From contig CM119270.1 of the NCBI GenBank assembly GCA_051294375.1, forward strand, positions 9,859,530-9,923,529: a stretch of DNA of 64,000 bases. The letters are read 5' to 3'. Source of the stretch: Paraspadella gotoi. Its lineage: Eukaryota; Animalia; Chaetognatha. How positions within the stretch are numbered: the first letter of the stretch is position 1; each line of letters begins with the position of its first letter. Position numbers and translations under genes: made by a program. This document shows, piece after piece, positions 21,982 to 33,880 of this stretch. The notes below the pieces were generated by a model. That model had not been told where the DNA came from and did no database searches. It saw only the letters and a program-made list of their open reading frames with translations.

Positions 21982-24900
21982 TTATGAGAGTTTGCAGCAT
22001 GGCGACATGTTTATCGGTAAGTTTAAAGTCTTTCTTGTCAAGGAGGGTGAGGCGTGAAGAGGTTGGGCAATGTAGGAAAAACGATGTGTGAAACATCTGT
22101 AGTAGTTGAGGGAGGCAAGCATCGCTCTTAATTCCTTTTGAGTTTTGAGCGATTTTAGCTTGACTTCGACTGCCTCGAGTTTTCCTTTCTGCGGCATGAG
22201 TTTACTCTTGGAGATGCTGAATCCCAAGATCTTTATATCCTCTTTGCGGAGGAGTACGCTCTTGGTCCACTTGAGGACGACATTTTCATCTCTGCATCTT
22301 TGGAGGAGGTCGCGGAGTCTCTGCGCCATGTCTTCAGGTGATTTGGCTGTTAAAATCAGGTCGTCAACGTACACTAAGAAGCTTTTGACGTCCGTTCCCA
22401 GGTCCTGGAAGATCTCGTCCAGAATTGCTTGCAGCACGTTGACGCTGTTGACTCCCCCCATTGGTAGCTTATTCATCCACCAATTGTGGCCAGCTCCGGC
22501 AAAAGTCGTGACGGGTTTACATCGTTCTGACAAGTTCACTTGGTGAAAGCAAGCGAGGATGTCTACGGAGCATTGGAGCTCATGAGGTTTATATTGTTCA
22601 AGGATCGACGTGATGGTCTGAGGTTCAGTGGCGTAAGTCGAGATGTTGTTATTTACAGATGAAAGGTCGCAGATGAGTCGCCACTGCTTTGCAAATGTTT
22701 CGTCGTTCATTTCATCTTGCCCCTCAGCTATGTGTCCTGGCTTTTTTATAAGGAAGGCGTTCGAATAGGCTTCGTTCCTTGTCCTGGAGACAATACCCGC
22801 CTTCTCATATACTTCCAGGTATCTTTTTAATGCTGCTTTTTTGACCGGTCCCTGATTTGCAAATTTTGGCTTGGGGAGATCCTCTTCAGTGAAGCCAAGG
22901 TCTACTCTGTAGTTAAGGAAGCCCTCTTTACAGTCGTTTATCGTTTCGCCGAATACGTCTCTGTATTCCCAGACAATTTCCCATACTAGGTGAGCTTTTT
23001 GCTGTAGGCTGGGATCGACGTCCTTGAAGGGTTTGAGGAAGGCTTCCTTGCCCCTTGCATCATGCTTGTGCCGCCTATTTTGTCGAGCCTCTTCGACAGC
23101 TCGTATCTCCTCCTCTGAGGGCTTATGGTGGATAATTGTAGTGGCTGGGATATGATCTTTCCTTACTTTTCTAAGGAGAGGTCTTTCGCCTGATACATCA
23201 GCCTGGACAGGTTCAGCTGTTGCTTCTGTTACCAGGCCTAGATCCGTTTTTGCCTCATTCGTGATGAGAGGTCGTGCGTAGCCCCAGCTTCCAGGTTTGG
23301 CATCGATCTCGACGCCCTCTCGGAGCTGGTCTCCATCGACAATGTAAGCTGTGTTATCATTTGACGATTCGATAATCCATCTTGAACCGGCAAGTGTTTT
23401 CCAGTAAGGCCTGCTAGAAGTGAGCTTTACTGTCCCATCAACATCTCGCTCGCCGTGTATTGGTAAGACTGTTTCCTCATCTAGGTTGCCTCTCGCGAGC
23501 CATCTGGCAGCTTTTAGGGCGTCATGCTTGTCCCTGAAGAGATGGGTGATTGGTTTCCCCATCATTGAGGCGATCTGTAGGTCCTCCCTTTGGGCGGAGG
23601 GTTGTACCACCCAGAGCTGTTCTGCAGGGCCTGGGTTGGTTACGGCGGTCCCTATAATGATGTCCTGATCGTCCTCATCAGCAGAGACATAGAAAACCGT
23701 TTTTAAGACCCACTTTTGGAACATGACCCTGAGGTCAATCCTTTCGGTCAGCGTGATTGTTCCTGTTGCTGTTGACAGGCGAAGGGGTGGGCCATGGTAA
23801 ATGTTGTTGCCCAGAGACCATTTGTTGACAAACTTTCTTGGGATGGTATTAACGGAGGCTCCAGTGTCATACAAGCAGCTTGCTGGTACTCCTGCAATGA
23901 CCGCCGGGATATAACTATTTTTGCCAGAGTGACAAGTTTTTCCAGTGTCATCCCTTGGTTCTGGGCCTTGATCTCCGTTGATGATGTTTACTATCCGGTC
24001 GGGAAGGGGTGGCATCACCTTTTCATCCTTGGTGGTATCGGGTTTGGTTGCTGGTTGGAGGAAGTATTCTGGCTGATGACATTCCAGTTCCACCCGCCTG
24101 ATTGTGGCCTCGTGCAGGGATTCCCCTGACTGTTCTCCTGCTATGATTTTGTATGTTGGGTTTCCCTTATCGCCAGTTGGTTGTAATTTTCTGAGATTTG
24201 ATCTTTCTCCTCTCCTGTCCGGGTTTGGCCTGTTTTTAGGCTTGATCATAACGGGTTGATGAGCGGGGGGAGGGGTTTCAGTGATTTNNNNNNNNNNGGG
24301 TGAGTTTTGGGCGGTGGGCATGGTGATTTTGGGATCTTTGTCCTTGCTTCGACCCGCCCTGCGCGCAAGTTTGGCGCATGCTCTCGACCTGGTAATCCTG
24401 GCCTTCTTTTCGCCTGCGTCGACCTTAGTCCAATCCCTCCAGCCTAAATTGTGCAAAAACTTGTTTGTGAGGGCTATTTCTTTGGCGCTGAGTGGTCTGA
24501 GGAGCTTGTGCATCCGTGATGCTGTAGACTTGCCTCGGAGCTGGTGAGCAGTTTCGGCAAGGGCTTTTGTTTTTTGTCTGTCCGATGAGCTGATGCCAAT
24601 TGTTTCTACTTTCATGACTTTTTCTCCAAGTGACTGATAGTTGTTTTTTAGCTTGGCTTGTTGTACATCTCTCTTGACTTTGTTGGGTTTATTAATCACC
24701 CGGGTGTAAAAGTAACTGTTTTTGTTATCAAATTCATCGGCAGATTCGGTTTTAAGATTTTTGGCTAAGTCCACTAGATCGCGACGTCTCCCAAAACCTG
24801 GGCCCTTATTTTCCCTCTTGTCGTCGCGCCAATTTGGCCACTTCTCATTTTTCCGGTCGCGAGGCCTGTTTCCGGCCTTTCTTTCATATGTGCGATCGGG

Positions 24901-26295
24901 GCTGTGTCGTTCGCAGTGGTCCTCGCGTTGATCGTCGCGGCATTTGTAGCGTCGTTCAGGTTGGTTGGGTCGGCTGCCTCTTTCAAGCTCCTGCTTTAAC
25001 TCCCTCATCATTTCATTTATATTATTCATCTCCTGCAGCATGGAGCCCTGGTAGAAAGCGGTGGCGCTGCTGCTTGGATCCTTGTTGGTTTGGCCTTTTT
25101 GTACAAAGGCATTTACCAACTTTTCCCTGTCGTCCTCTGAGACAGTTTTTACAGTTTTTCGGACGGCGCCGTCGCTGGTCTTTTTCAGGTATCCGCGGAG
25201 CTTATATTCGATTGCTTTCCCCAATCGACGTGTTTCGCCTTTTTCGAGCAAGGTCGTCCACTCCAGGGTCTCGGAGGTGATGCCGGGTACGTACGGTTCC
25301 AAGGCTTCGACGAGCATCTGGGCAACGTAGTCCGGGATGGAGGCCCTGTCTTTTTNNNNNNNNNNNTCAAAGTTCTCTTTGGCCGCGTTGATGAGGGCTA
25401 GGCCATATTTGGCGTGGACGTGAGGGTCGACCTCAATCTTGGCTTCGGCGAGTGCTTCGGCAATGCTGACTGATGACCCCTCGCATAACGCCCGGAGTCC
25501 CAGCCACATTGACTGATTTATAGGTTCAATGAACCTACTAGCGATTTTGTCGCGGGCGAGGAGGGCGCGTAGCTGCTGATCAACTTTGTCGGCCGCTGGA
25601 GAATCCTTGAATGCCTCGTAGAAGCTGCGCAAGAAGTCTACGGGTGATTCGTCATCCCGCCGCTTCTCGAGTTTGATGGGGTGTTCGCTGGGCATGTAAG
25701 GAGGGTTGCTTCGGCCACTTTCAGAGGGGACATCCTCCGGGAGCGGACAGCAACCTTTTTCAATTGGCTGTCCAGCATAGGGATCTCGGGGTTGTTGTTG
25801 TTTGGACAAGATGAGGTTTGGGTTGTGGTAGAGTGACGGGGGTGGGGGCGGAGAGTTTTGGGCGATCCCCACCAACCGGGCATCAATGTCGCGATTTTTG
25901 CATTTTTCCCGGTATTCACGATCCTCCTTCATCATGTTGCGGGTTTCCATCATCATGTCCTTCATCATTTGGTGCAGTTCCCCTAGTTTGGATCCGAGTT
26001 GCACTTCGGTCTCGTCGAGGCGTTGGTTGATTTTAGCCTCGTTTTCGCTGAGCCGTTGATTTACTTGTTGGTAGTTTTTCTGTTGTTTTAAATTGTTGTC
26101 GTTCATTAGTTTTAAAATTTGACGGATGCATTCTGCTTGTTTGTTTTCTTCTAGGCATTGTTTCCGCAAGGCCCCTGAGACTTCGAAGGTTTGGAAGTCC
26201 AGGTTACGGTCAATGCTACCGTCTTCGCTTTCGGTAGTGCTTCCGGGCGCTGGTGGCGCTGCCGGCGCCGCCTTTCTCCTGACGGCAAAGTCCAT
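21982..26295 (-). CDS. Ty3/Gypsy-like Gag-protease-RT polyprotein
   Basis: LYDTGAS (PR); WRLICDL, VDILACFHQV, LPMG, YVDD and ILGF (RT). Long N-terminal gag-like region with no zinc knuckle. Confidence 0.9.
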   Translation of the reverse strand: MDFAVRRKAAPAAPPAPGSTTESEDGSIDRNLDFQTFEVSGALRKQCLEENKQAECIRQILKLMNDNNLKQQKNYQQVNQRLSENEAKINQRLDETEVQLGSKLGELHQMMKDMMMETRNMMKEDREYREKCKNRDIDARLVGIAQNSPPPPPSLYHNPNLILSKQQQPRDPYAGQPIEKGCCPLPEDVPSESGRSNPPYMPSEHPIKLEKRRDDESPVDFLRSFYEAFKDSPAADKVDQQLRALLARDKIASRFIEPINQSMWLGLRALCEGSSVSIAEALAEAKIEVDPHVHAKYGLALINAAKENFXXXXXKDRASIPDYVAQMLVEALEPYVPGITSETLEWTTLLEKGETRRLGKAIEYKLRGYLKKTSDGAVRKTVKTVSEDDREKLVNAFVQKGQTNKDPSSSATAFYQGSMLQEMNNINEMMRELKQELERGSRPNQPERRYKCRDDQREDHCERHSPDRTYERKAGNRPRDRKNEKWPNWRDDKRENKGPGFGRRRDLVDLAKNLKTESADEFDNKNSYFYTRVINKPNKVKRDVQQAKLKNNYQSLGEKVMKVETIGISSSDRQKTKALAETAHQLRGKSTASRMHKLLRPLSAKEIALTNKFLHNLGWRDWTKVDAGEKKARITRSRACAKLARRAGRSKDKDPKITMPTAQNSPXXXXITETPPPAHQPVMIKPKNRPNPDRRGERSNLRKLQPTGDKGNPTYKIIAGEQSGESLHEATIRRVELECHQPEYFLQPATKPDTTKDEKVMPPLPDRIVNIINGDQGPEPRDDTGKTCHSGKNSYIPAVIAGVPASCLYDTGASVNTIPRKFVNKWSLGNNIYHGPPLRLSTATGTITLTERIDLRVMFQKWVLKTVFYVSADEDDQDIIIGTAVTNPGPAEQLWVVQPSAQREDLQIASMMGKPITHLFRDKHDALKAARWLARGNLDEETVLPIHGERDVDGTVKLTSSRPYWKTLAGSRWIIESSNDNTAYIVDGDQLREGVEIDAKPGSWGYARPLITNEAKTDLGLVTEATAEPVQADVSGERPLLRKVRKDHIPATTIIHHKPSEEEIRAVEEARQNRRHKHDARGKEAFLKPFKDVDPSLQQKAHLVWEIVWEYRDVFGETINDCKEGFLNYRVDLGFTEEDLPKPKFANQGPVKKAALKRYLEVYEKAGIVSRTRNEAYSNAFLIKKPGHIAEGQDEMNDETFAKQWRLICDLSSVNNNISTYATEPQTITSILEQYKPHELQCSVDILACFHQVNLSERCKPVTTFAGAGHNWWMNKLPMGGVNSVNVLQAILDEIFQDLGTDVKSFLVYVDDLILTAKSPEDMAQRLRDLLQRCRDENVVLKWTKSVLLRKEDIKILGFSISKSKLMPQKGKLEAVEVKLKSLKTQKELRAMLASLNYYRCFTHRFSYIAQPLHASPSLTRKTLNLPINMSPCCKLS

Positions 26296-27149
26296 CTTGA
26301 CTGTCGGCGTGGTCGTGGTGGTAAGGGCTTGTCTCTTCTTATTGGAGTCGTGGTTTGTGTCGAATCCACTCCTGTCACCACATTTAAGTAGTAGACAGGG
26401 ATTTCAAACATGAAACCAAAGTGGATATTTATTTCACTAAGAACAAGCGCAAGACGGTGTCAGATTTGAGACAGAGTGAATCAAAGCAGAAACAGAGACT
26501 ATTTATAAAGGGTAAGCAGACGAAGCCAGATTCTCTTCCGGAATCCTCCTCTTCCTCTTCTGGAACCTTCTTTTCCTCTTCCGGAAAGTATTGTTCCTTT
26601 TCTGGATTTGGCTTCCAATCCCATTCAAAATCATTCCAGAATCTTCTTCCTCTTCCGGAATCCTCTTCCTTAATCCTTTTCTCTGTTTCCGGTTTCTATT
26701 CATCTGTGATGGAGTATACGGTGTGAGAGATAAATGTTGCATAATAGGTCTAAGGTTATCATCAGAATGACCACAACAATTGCGATTTTCGTCGCCAATG
26801 ACTCACTTGGGAAAAACAGCATCTCTTGCTGGATGAATGGACTCCTTCTGCAGGAACACAAACGCGTCGTCCAGAGGGAGAACGGGTAAGGAAGTAGGCG
26901 GGCAAGGGAAAATAGACGGGAAAGTGGGAAGAAACGGAAAAGTGGAGGACGGAAAAAACGAGATGGTAGGAGAAGGCCTGGGTAAGGAAAAAGGAACTGA
27001 AGTCATGGGCAGATGCCCGATGGAAAGAGCACGTCTCCCGATGCAACGGATGTCGACGAAGTCGTCGTTGGTCGGGTGATGACGATGCTATCCCTTGAAG
27101 AGACGACCGGCGCCGTTGACGTCACCGGAATGGGCGATCGAGGACGATC

Positions 27150-27605
27150 CTATTGAGAAAAAGCATCAGACATATCAATATCATGATTCTCCAGGATATC
27201 ACTCATCGTCTTGTCCATTACGTCACCCATTACCCAGTCATGGGTAGTTTTACACACTAACTTTATCTTCTGCCGGACTTCAGATTTCACTTTAACCAAA
27301 TCCTCTCTTAAAGAAGCGATCATATCAACTCTGTCTTCCATCAACTTTTCCATTCTTTCTCTCTCTCTCTCTTTAGTCTTTCTCTCCACAAACATCTCTC
27401 TCATGCTGTCTACCGCCTTTTTCAAGATTTGGGTGTACTCCTCCTCTGTGAGGTGATCGATGTCGATCCTTCTGCACGCCGCGCATCGATTCCTCGTCCC
27501 TCTAGATCGAGGAACGACTCTCCTCAATTCGTCCGCTGTCTGAATTGTGATGGTTTCCCACTCGCCAATCTGGCGGTCCAGACCCGACGGCTCCCCTGAT
27601 GCCAT
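27150..27605 (-). CDS. Hypothetical coiled-coil protein upstream of the Gypsy-like gag
   Basis: 151-aa ORF with a CxxC and helical composition; acceptor TTTTATTTTAG|TC immediately before the ATG. Confidence 0.55.
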   Translation of the reverse strand: MASGEPSGLDRQIGEWETITIQTADELRRVVPRSRGTRNRCAACRRIDIDHLTEEEYTQILKKAVDSMREMFVERKTKERERERMEKLMEDRVDMIASLREDLVKVKSEVRQKIKLVCKTTHDWVMGDVMDKTMSDILENHDIDMSDAFSQ

Positions 27606-30600
27606 GACTAAAATAAAATTCTCAAGAAAAGGTAAGGTAAGATCTGCGATAGACCTTGGAAGAAATATGAAATGGTAACGAATTATCCTGATCTTAATTA
27701 ATTATCCTTGCTTCATAAAAAAAACCAGAACAATCTCACTTCAAATTCGATGTCCTTTTGTTGAACCGCAAAGGCACGAAAAAAATTGGAAAAGATTGAC
27801 GCAAAGCGTAATTTGGGATTTTCTCTCTTTTAATTTGTAGAAATTTAGGTAGCGAAGAACGAGTAAATCCTTTGGAGGCAAAAAACTTTATTCGTAACCA
27901 GCGCTGAACACCAAGTGGAGGACGGAATTTTTAGTGAAAAGAATTCGATACCAAAGTAAAATGAACGAGAATTTATTTCAGTATAACATCGAAGGGAAAA
28001 TGCGCGCGAGAATAAAATAACAATGACTTTTATATGAACTACTTTGTTTACCAAAGTAGGAATGTGAAAGGGAATGGAATTTTAGGCCGAGAAATATTAT
28101 TGACATTTTTGCAATTTACAGAATTCTTTTCTCACGAACTTCACTGTTTGTTCATTGTTTGTTTCGTATTTCTGCACCATGTCGACTTTGATCGGCATGG
28201 GGGCGCCTTTGGACGGAGTCTCACTTTGTTTCTTTTGCGTTGACGTCCGTTCATGGGCTGGCGGGGAGGTCCGTGGGAGGCTTGTCCGTGTGACGGAAAG
28301 TCGGCCCGTTCCAGCCTCTCTCGCTAACACAAGTATTAACAACTTTGACCTTATTTAAATCTCAATATTTTTTGCCTTTTTTTCCCTTTTTTGGTGTATT
28401 TTAATATTTTTATTTCGTTATCGTTGCGTCACCATTTCACGATGTTACGGTGGATAACGTTATATTTCATCATATTTCGTTACGCCCCCGTAATATTGCG
28501 TTATATTGACTCATCGATATTTAGTTTCCCAGCCATCGATTTTTTTTCGATGCATCGTCGATGCATCGTCGATGGCTAAGGTCAGCCACGCCCCTTTTTC
28601 TCACGCGTACGAATTTTTTCCCCAAATTTTCCCACGTGTGTGAATGCACGCAATATCCGGTTTCGCCTGCGTGCGACGACACTTCCGGTTCGCGGCCGAC
28701 GCTCGAATCGTGGGGACGGTTACGGGTTAAAGCTGCGAATTTCGGAGGTTGCGTCGGGCGTAGAGGAACTTGGTGAGGCGGACATTTCTGAGTTAAAGCA
28801 GCGTGTGCTTACGTTTTTTTCTTAATTTAATATTTGATCTAAGCATTTTTTAACATTATTTTTTTTTTTTTTGCTTTAGTTAAATATTTATTTTTTAGGT
28901 TTTTAGTTATTTTGTGTGTTTGGTTTTCGGTAGGCTAACCTCAACTTTCAATCGATCGTACGGCTTCGATTATCTCCGGGAAAAGTGTTTATTACCATCA
29001 TGCCTTTTTCCCCAGATTTTCGTGACTTTACGCTCGGGGGAAATTTGCGATTTTCCTCCGCTGGGGAAAATTTCTCCCCAAGCATTACAAATTAACTACG
29101 CGTAGTTCTCCCTTTGTATTTTTTGGGACTTTTCGAAAAATTTTTTCTTTTTGTACGAACAGGTTCGTTCCTCTCCGTTCGTGCGGGGGGTACGACCAAT
29201 TTTTCGATATGAATAATTTAGTATTTTTTAGAAAAAATATTTTTTTAAAATACTTTGTTCGTTTTTTAGGAAAATCAATATTTTTTCAATTTATTTAGTA
29301 TTTAGGTTACTAACCCATTAAATTTCAAAGTTTTCTTTTAGTTTCTTTCAGATTCGTTTCCGTAGGACGTTGAGAAAAAGGTGAAAATTGAGCCAAGGTC
29401 AAGGCTTCTTGGTTAAGCGAGAGGAGGACAAAACAACCAACGCTCGCCAAAGCGTGTTCTTCCCGACCAGAACAAGACGGAAGAACAAAACCACTCTTCG
29501 GAGCGGTGTTGCCAACCACCCCACTGCTTAGGAGCGCCCCGATCTGTCCACATTTTTTGTATTTATTTAGCTTTGTATTTTTTGATAGCTCAAGAGAAGA
29601 TGGCGACAATATAGAGTAGGTAAGAATAATATAGATTATCTCTCTTTGATAGTTTATATTATTCATAATTTGCCCCTAACGTTTTTCAGCTTTTATAAAA
29701 TTTTTTGCTTCGACTTTCGAATGTCTCTAGACGGACGGAGCTTCGGGAGCCGACTCTAAAATATTACAAATATTTAGGCCTTCGGAGTGACGGTCTCCTC
29801 TGTTCACGACTGTCTCCCTGCACGCCGCTTAGGCGGGCGACTTTCCTTTACGTATAGCCGGTTCCATTCAGAATTGGTTTGGAAAAGTCGTCGGGAGCTC
29901 CGAACATTTTTCCTAAATCGGTAACGATGAGTTGTTTGTTTGACCTTCGCCTCCTTCTTGGCGTCGAACAACTTTACCGAAAACCCTTTAAGTACTACCC
30001 TATCGAACGTTTACGACGCGGTTCTCTGATGGCAAGTAAATCGTTTCGTATTCGTTTGGTATATTGTACGCCCACTTTTTTGTGTTTTTCTCCCTTTAAA
30101 TAAGTTAGCAGGGTGCTGGGTAGGGAGCCAGCGACGAGAAGGTTTATCATATTATTGCTTTGCTTACTTTTTGGCAGGGTTCGAGGGTCTCGCCCCATCC
30201 GTAGTCTTATAGCTTAGCCTTGCCAAAATACTTGATCTCGTTGCTTCGGCATTCGGATGCTTAAAGTAAGGGAAAACCAATAAAATAACTTCCTTCAGCG
30301 CATTTTAGATTGATTACATTTTTAGAGTAATAGATTATTAGGTTTTCGTATTTTCGGGTTTTGTTTAGGTATTGATTTCGTTTTTAGGTCTAGTCTAATA
30401 TTTTTTATTTTGCCAACCTACTACGACATAAGGTAGATAAGGAATGTTAATTATTTTTGCTTTACAGTGTATTTCACAGTTTCATTTCAAGAAGAAGAAG
30501 ATTTACAAGATTCGACGGCGAAGATATTAGTACAATTCGATTATGTTTCAATTTACTATTTTTTCCCGTAGGAGTAGTCTAAGTTTTTTTTTGTGTCGTA

Positions 30601-32394
30601 GTACGGTTGTAGGTCTCTAATATTTTTTGGTAAGGAGTCGAATATACGCAGATCTTCAAAGATTCGGTCTTCCGTATTGGGGTCCTCATTGAGAATCGTA
30701 GAGGGATGCTTGAAGAATGCCTGTGACATGACTGAAGATATGCTTGACGGTTCTCTAATGCGGCCACCTCCGGTAAGGAAAATTTGGATATTTGAGATTG
30801 TGTTATTCGCCTCAGGTTGTTCGTGACCATGAAAGGCACCTTTTCGCCTCGCCATGTTCGTTAGAAGATCGAAGGGTTGATATCGTTCTTAGCCGGTCCG
30901 ATATTAACTTTGAGATCCCTTTCGTTCCTGCGGGGGGCGGAAAGTTGCATTTCGGTAAGCGTGTATATCGCTTTACCAAGATCGACAACCTTATTATTTT
31001 TTCTTTCACCTTTTCGATTCTTTTGAATTCGATTTGGTTCGGCGGTGCCGTATTATCCTTATAATTCGGGCTTCCATTAATATTCACGCTTCTTTCCTTT
31101 AGTTGGCTACTTTCGAAAGTCGCGGGTGTAATATATGTCGAGCTCGGAGATTGGGGTCAGTTGCAACCGGTCTTCGCGTCTTCGACCTAAGTGAAAAATA
31201 TCGGGTTTAAAGTCGGCCACCGGGGTCAGTTATAACCGACTTTAGATTTCGATAAAGGCCAATATTGTTTTGCTTTATTTTAGTTATTTGGTTAGTAATA
31301 TGCCCGAAGTTAGTTTACCGAAATTCTATTTTTTGTTAGTCAGTTAGATGTTATTTAGCTCCCAATGTCTCATTCCCCCCTGCCTTGTGTCAATTTATTT
31401 CTAGGATCTTTTATTGTGTCATTTTTTCAGTTAGCGTTTTTGTTTTTTAGAGTCAGAATGAAGTCCAGTTTTTTAGCGTTTTCGTTTTTTAGTATTACGG
31501 TTGTTTAACGGGTGTACTGAAACACGCCGTTCGAGTCAGGATTTACCTTTTTATTTCGCAGTCAGGTTTGGTACGCTTCAGTAACCGTAACACGGCGCTT
31601 CGCAACTACTCCGGGCTGATGAGCGGTATCTTCGGCTGTACACGTGACCCGTTCGTACGAATCGAACTTCGAAGCCTGTTTTTTGAGTCAGACAAGAGAA
31701 TTTGATTATTACGGCTTAATTGTATTTTTCCATCTCGTACAATTTTAATCATAATTCGTGTCTTTGTACTCACTGTTTCGTCTTCAAACATCATGACTTG
31801 AAGTACAACCGCGTGTGGAAGAGAGCTTGCGCCGGTCAGTTGTCGTCTGCCGCCGTTGCTCGTCTATCCGTTTTGTCGGCTTTTGAGGAAGTCGGTTCCT
31901 GTTTTAATGGAATCGCAAAGTTTTATTTTAGGCTTAGCAAGTAAGTCCTGGGCGCATTTTTTGCATACTCAGCTTTAAAATTTTTTCCTTCTCTACTTTC
32001 CACCCCCCTGCGACCGGTTATATTGATGATTATTTCTAGACATGCTCGGGTATCCCAGTATGCTTCTTTGGCATACCTGAGATAGCGGGGGGTGTTACGA
32101 AATCATAATCAATATATCTCGAGGAAATCCAAGCTTCTTTCTCCCCGATGCTCTTTTATTTCTATTTTACTAACGCAAGGAAATTCTATTTCTCCGGCGA
32201 TCACAGCGACATCTCTAGTTTCGAATTTGTATCATAGTATATATACTTATTATACTTAAGTACAGTTCTCCGAGAGGCAACGCATGGCTGATTCTGATTG
32301 GTTCCCGCGATTTCGATAGATTTCAGGCTCGATTTCTATCGACGTGTAACCTCTCAGATCTTGTTCAGTCTTGCAATGCGTTTTTACTACTTTT

Positions 32395-33880
32395 TAGATA
32401 TGTCGCTCCGCGCTTAAAAAAAAATCCGATAGTAGAAACGAAGCGGATTCTGATAATTTTGGTTCCTTGCAATTTTTGCACCAGTAGTAGGCAGTAAATA
32501 TTACAAAACCATGGATGATTTCTGAAACTGCAGATTTTGGGCTATCCAACGCCCCGGAACAAAGAAAATCCATAAAGGTCTTGACTAAAAAATACTGAAA
32601 ATAAACACGGCGTTTAGTCTGAATTCTTTTTAATTTTTTGTTATTTTGCGGCATTTACTGTATAAGTCAAACAAAATATACAGCGGTCATGCATTGATTC
32701 CGATTCAGTTGGGTTTAGCCTAACTTTCAAGCACATAACAAAAAAAATAAATTGACGTCATAGTAAGAAATAATAGCAATTAATCCAATTTTTTTTCTCA
32801 AAATTTGTTGTATTTTTTGTTTTCTACTGTTTTTGCCAAACATGCCCTTTAAAATTATAAAAATAAAGATTAGCTAATGAAACTACAATGTCTTAGGTAC
32901 ATTTCGTTGCCGGAACAAAGAAAATTCATTGATATCATAGTATCAATATGGAGCCTTGAAATAACTCATTTTTTTGCAATTTACCCCTTTATTGATAAAA
33001 GCCTTGTATTATAATAAAAAAATAAAAACAACAATTTTACCATACAGCTACATGCATTAGTGTGTTATTAAAAGATTGTAGTGCTTTTTTTAATAAAAAA
33101 ATGTTATATTAATATAGGTAATTGCATTATGCAAAGGTTTTAATTTGCACCTGAAGATGACAAAATTTAAAAATCTGATAATACAGTCTTTTAGCCCTAT
33201 GTCAGTAGTTTTTAAATCAGCCGGAACAAAGTTTGAACTCCTATTTTTTCATATTTAAATCATATGTTTTTTAAGGTTCCTACATGAATTTTTAAATTTT
33301 TTTGTTTTCAACAAAAATGATAATTCATTATCCTTAGTAATTACATAAACATTTGAAGTATAGAAAATTTTTGTTTATATCAGAAACAATAATTCAATCT
33401 TTTCTCTTTCAGAATCTATATTTATTTATTTTTTTAAATACGGCCAATTGTGTTTAATTTAATTTCAAAAGTTGTTATGCTTTGACTAAGATTCCGATCC
33501 AGATTTAAAAAAAATCCTTGGAAACATTTGAAAAAAATTAAATGGAAAAGATGCCCCATAATTATGGCTTTAATATGATACCAGTCTCATCGTTCTATCA
33601 TTTTTGGTTCAAAAGATATTTAAAAAAATCAATTTTTTATCACCAAGTAAGTCACTCGGCCGAAGCTAAAAATTTAAGTGGAACCAAAAAGAAAATTTAA
33701 CGAACGCAGATTTGTTTTAAAATGGGCGTGGAAAATGACCATTTTTTGTAGATTATTTTTCAACGCGTGGGTTGATTGATTTGAAATATTACATCAACAA
33801 TATTGACATCATTTCCTATAGTAAATGTAAAAATATTTAAAATAACATTATAAACGACCAAGTAACTTGCCTATCTATAC
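32395..33880 (+). mobile_element. End of an AT-rich DNA-transposon-like repeat (copy 1)
   Basis: Reverse complement of 53245-54726; terminus TTAGATATGTCGCTCCGCGC; repeated CCGGAACAAAG motifs. Confidence 0.7.

Noticed and set aside
21780-22050. Programmed frameshift between RT and RNase H of the Gypsy-like element
   Set aside because: Several shifts within ~250 bp of an otherwise normal RT-RH junction fit sequencing indels or decay better.
12761-26126. Plus-strand ORFs opposite gag/pol
   Set aside because: Antisense shadows of long coding frames with no independent signals.
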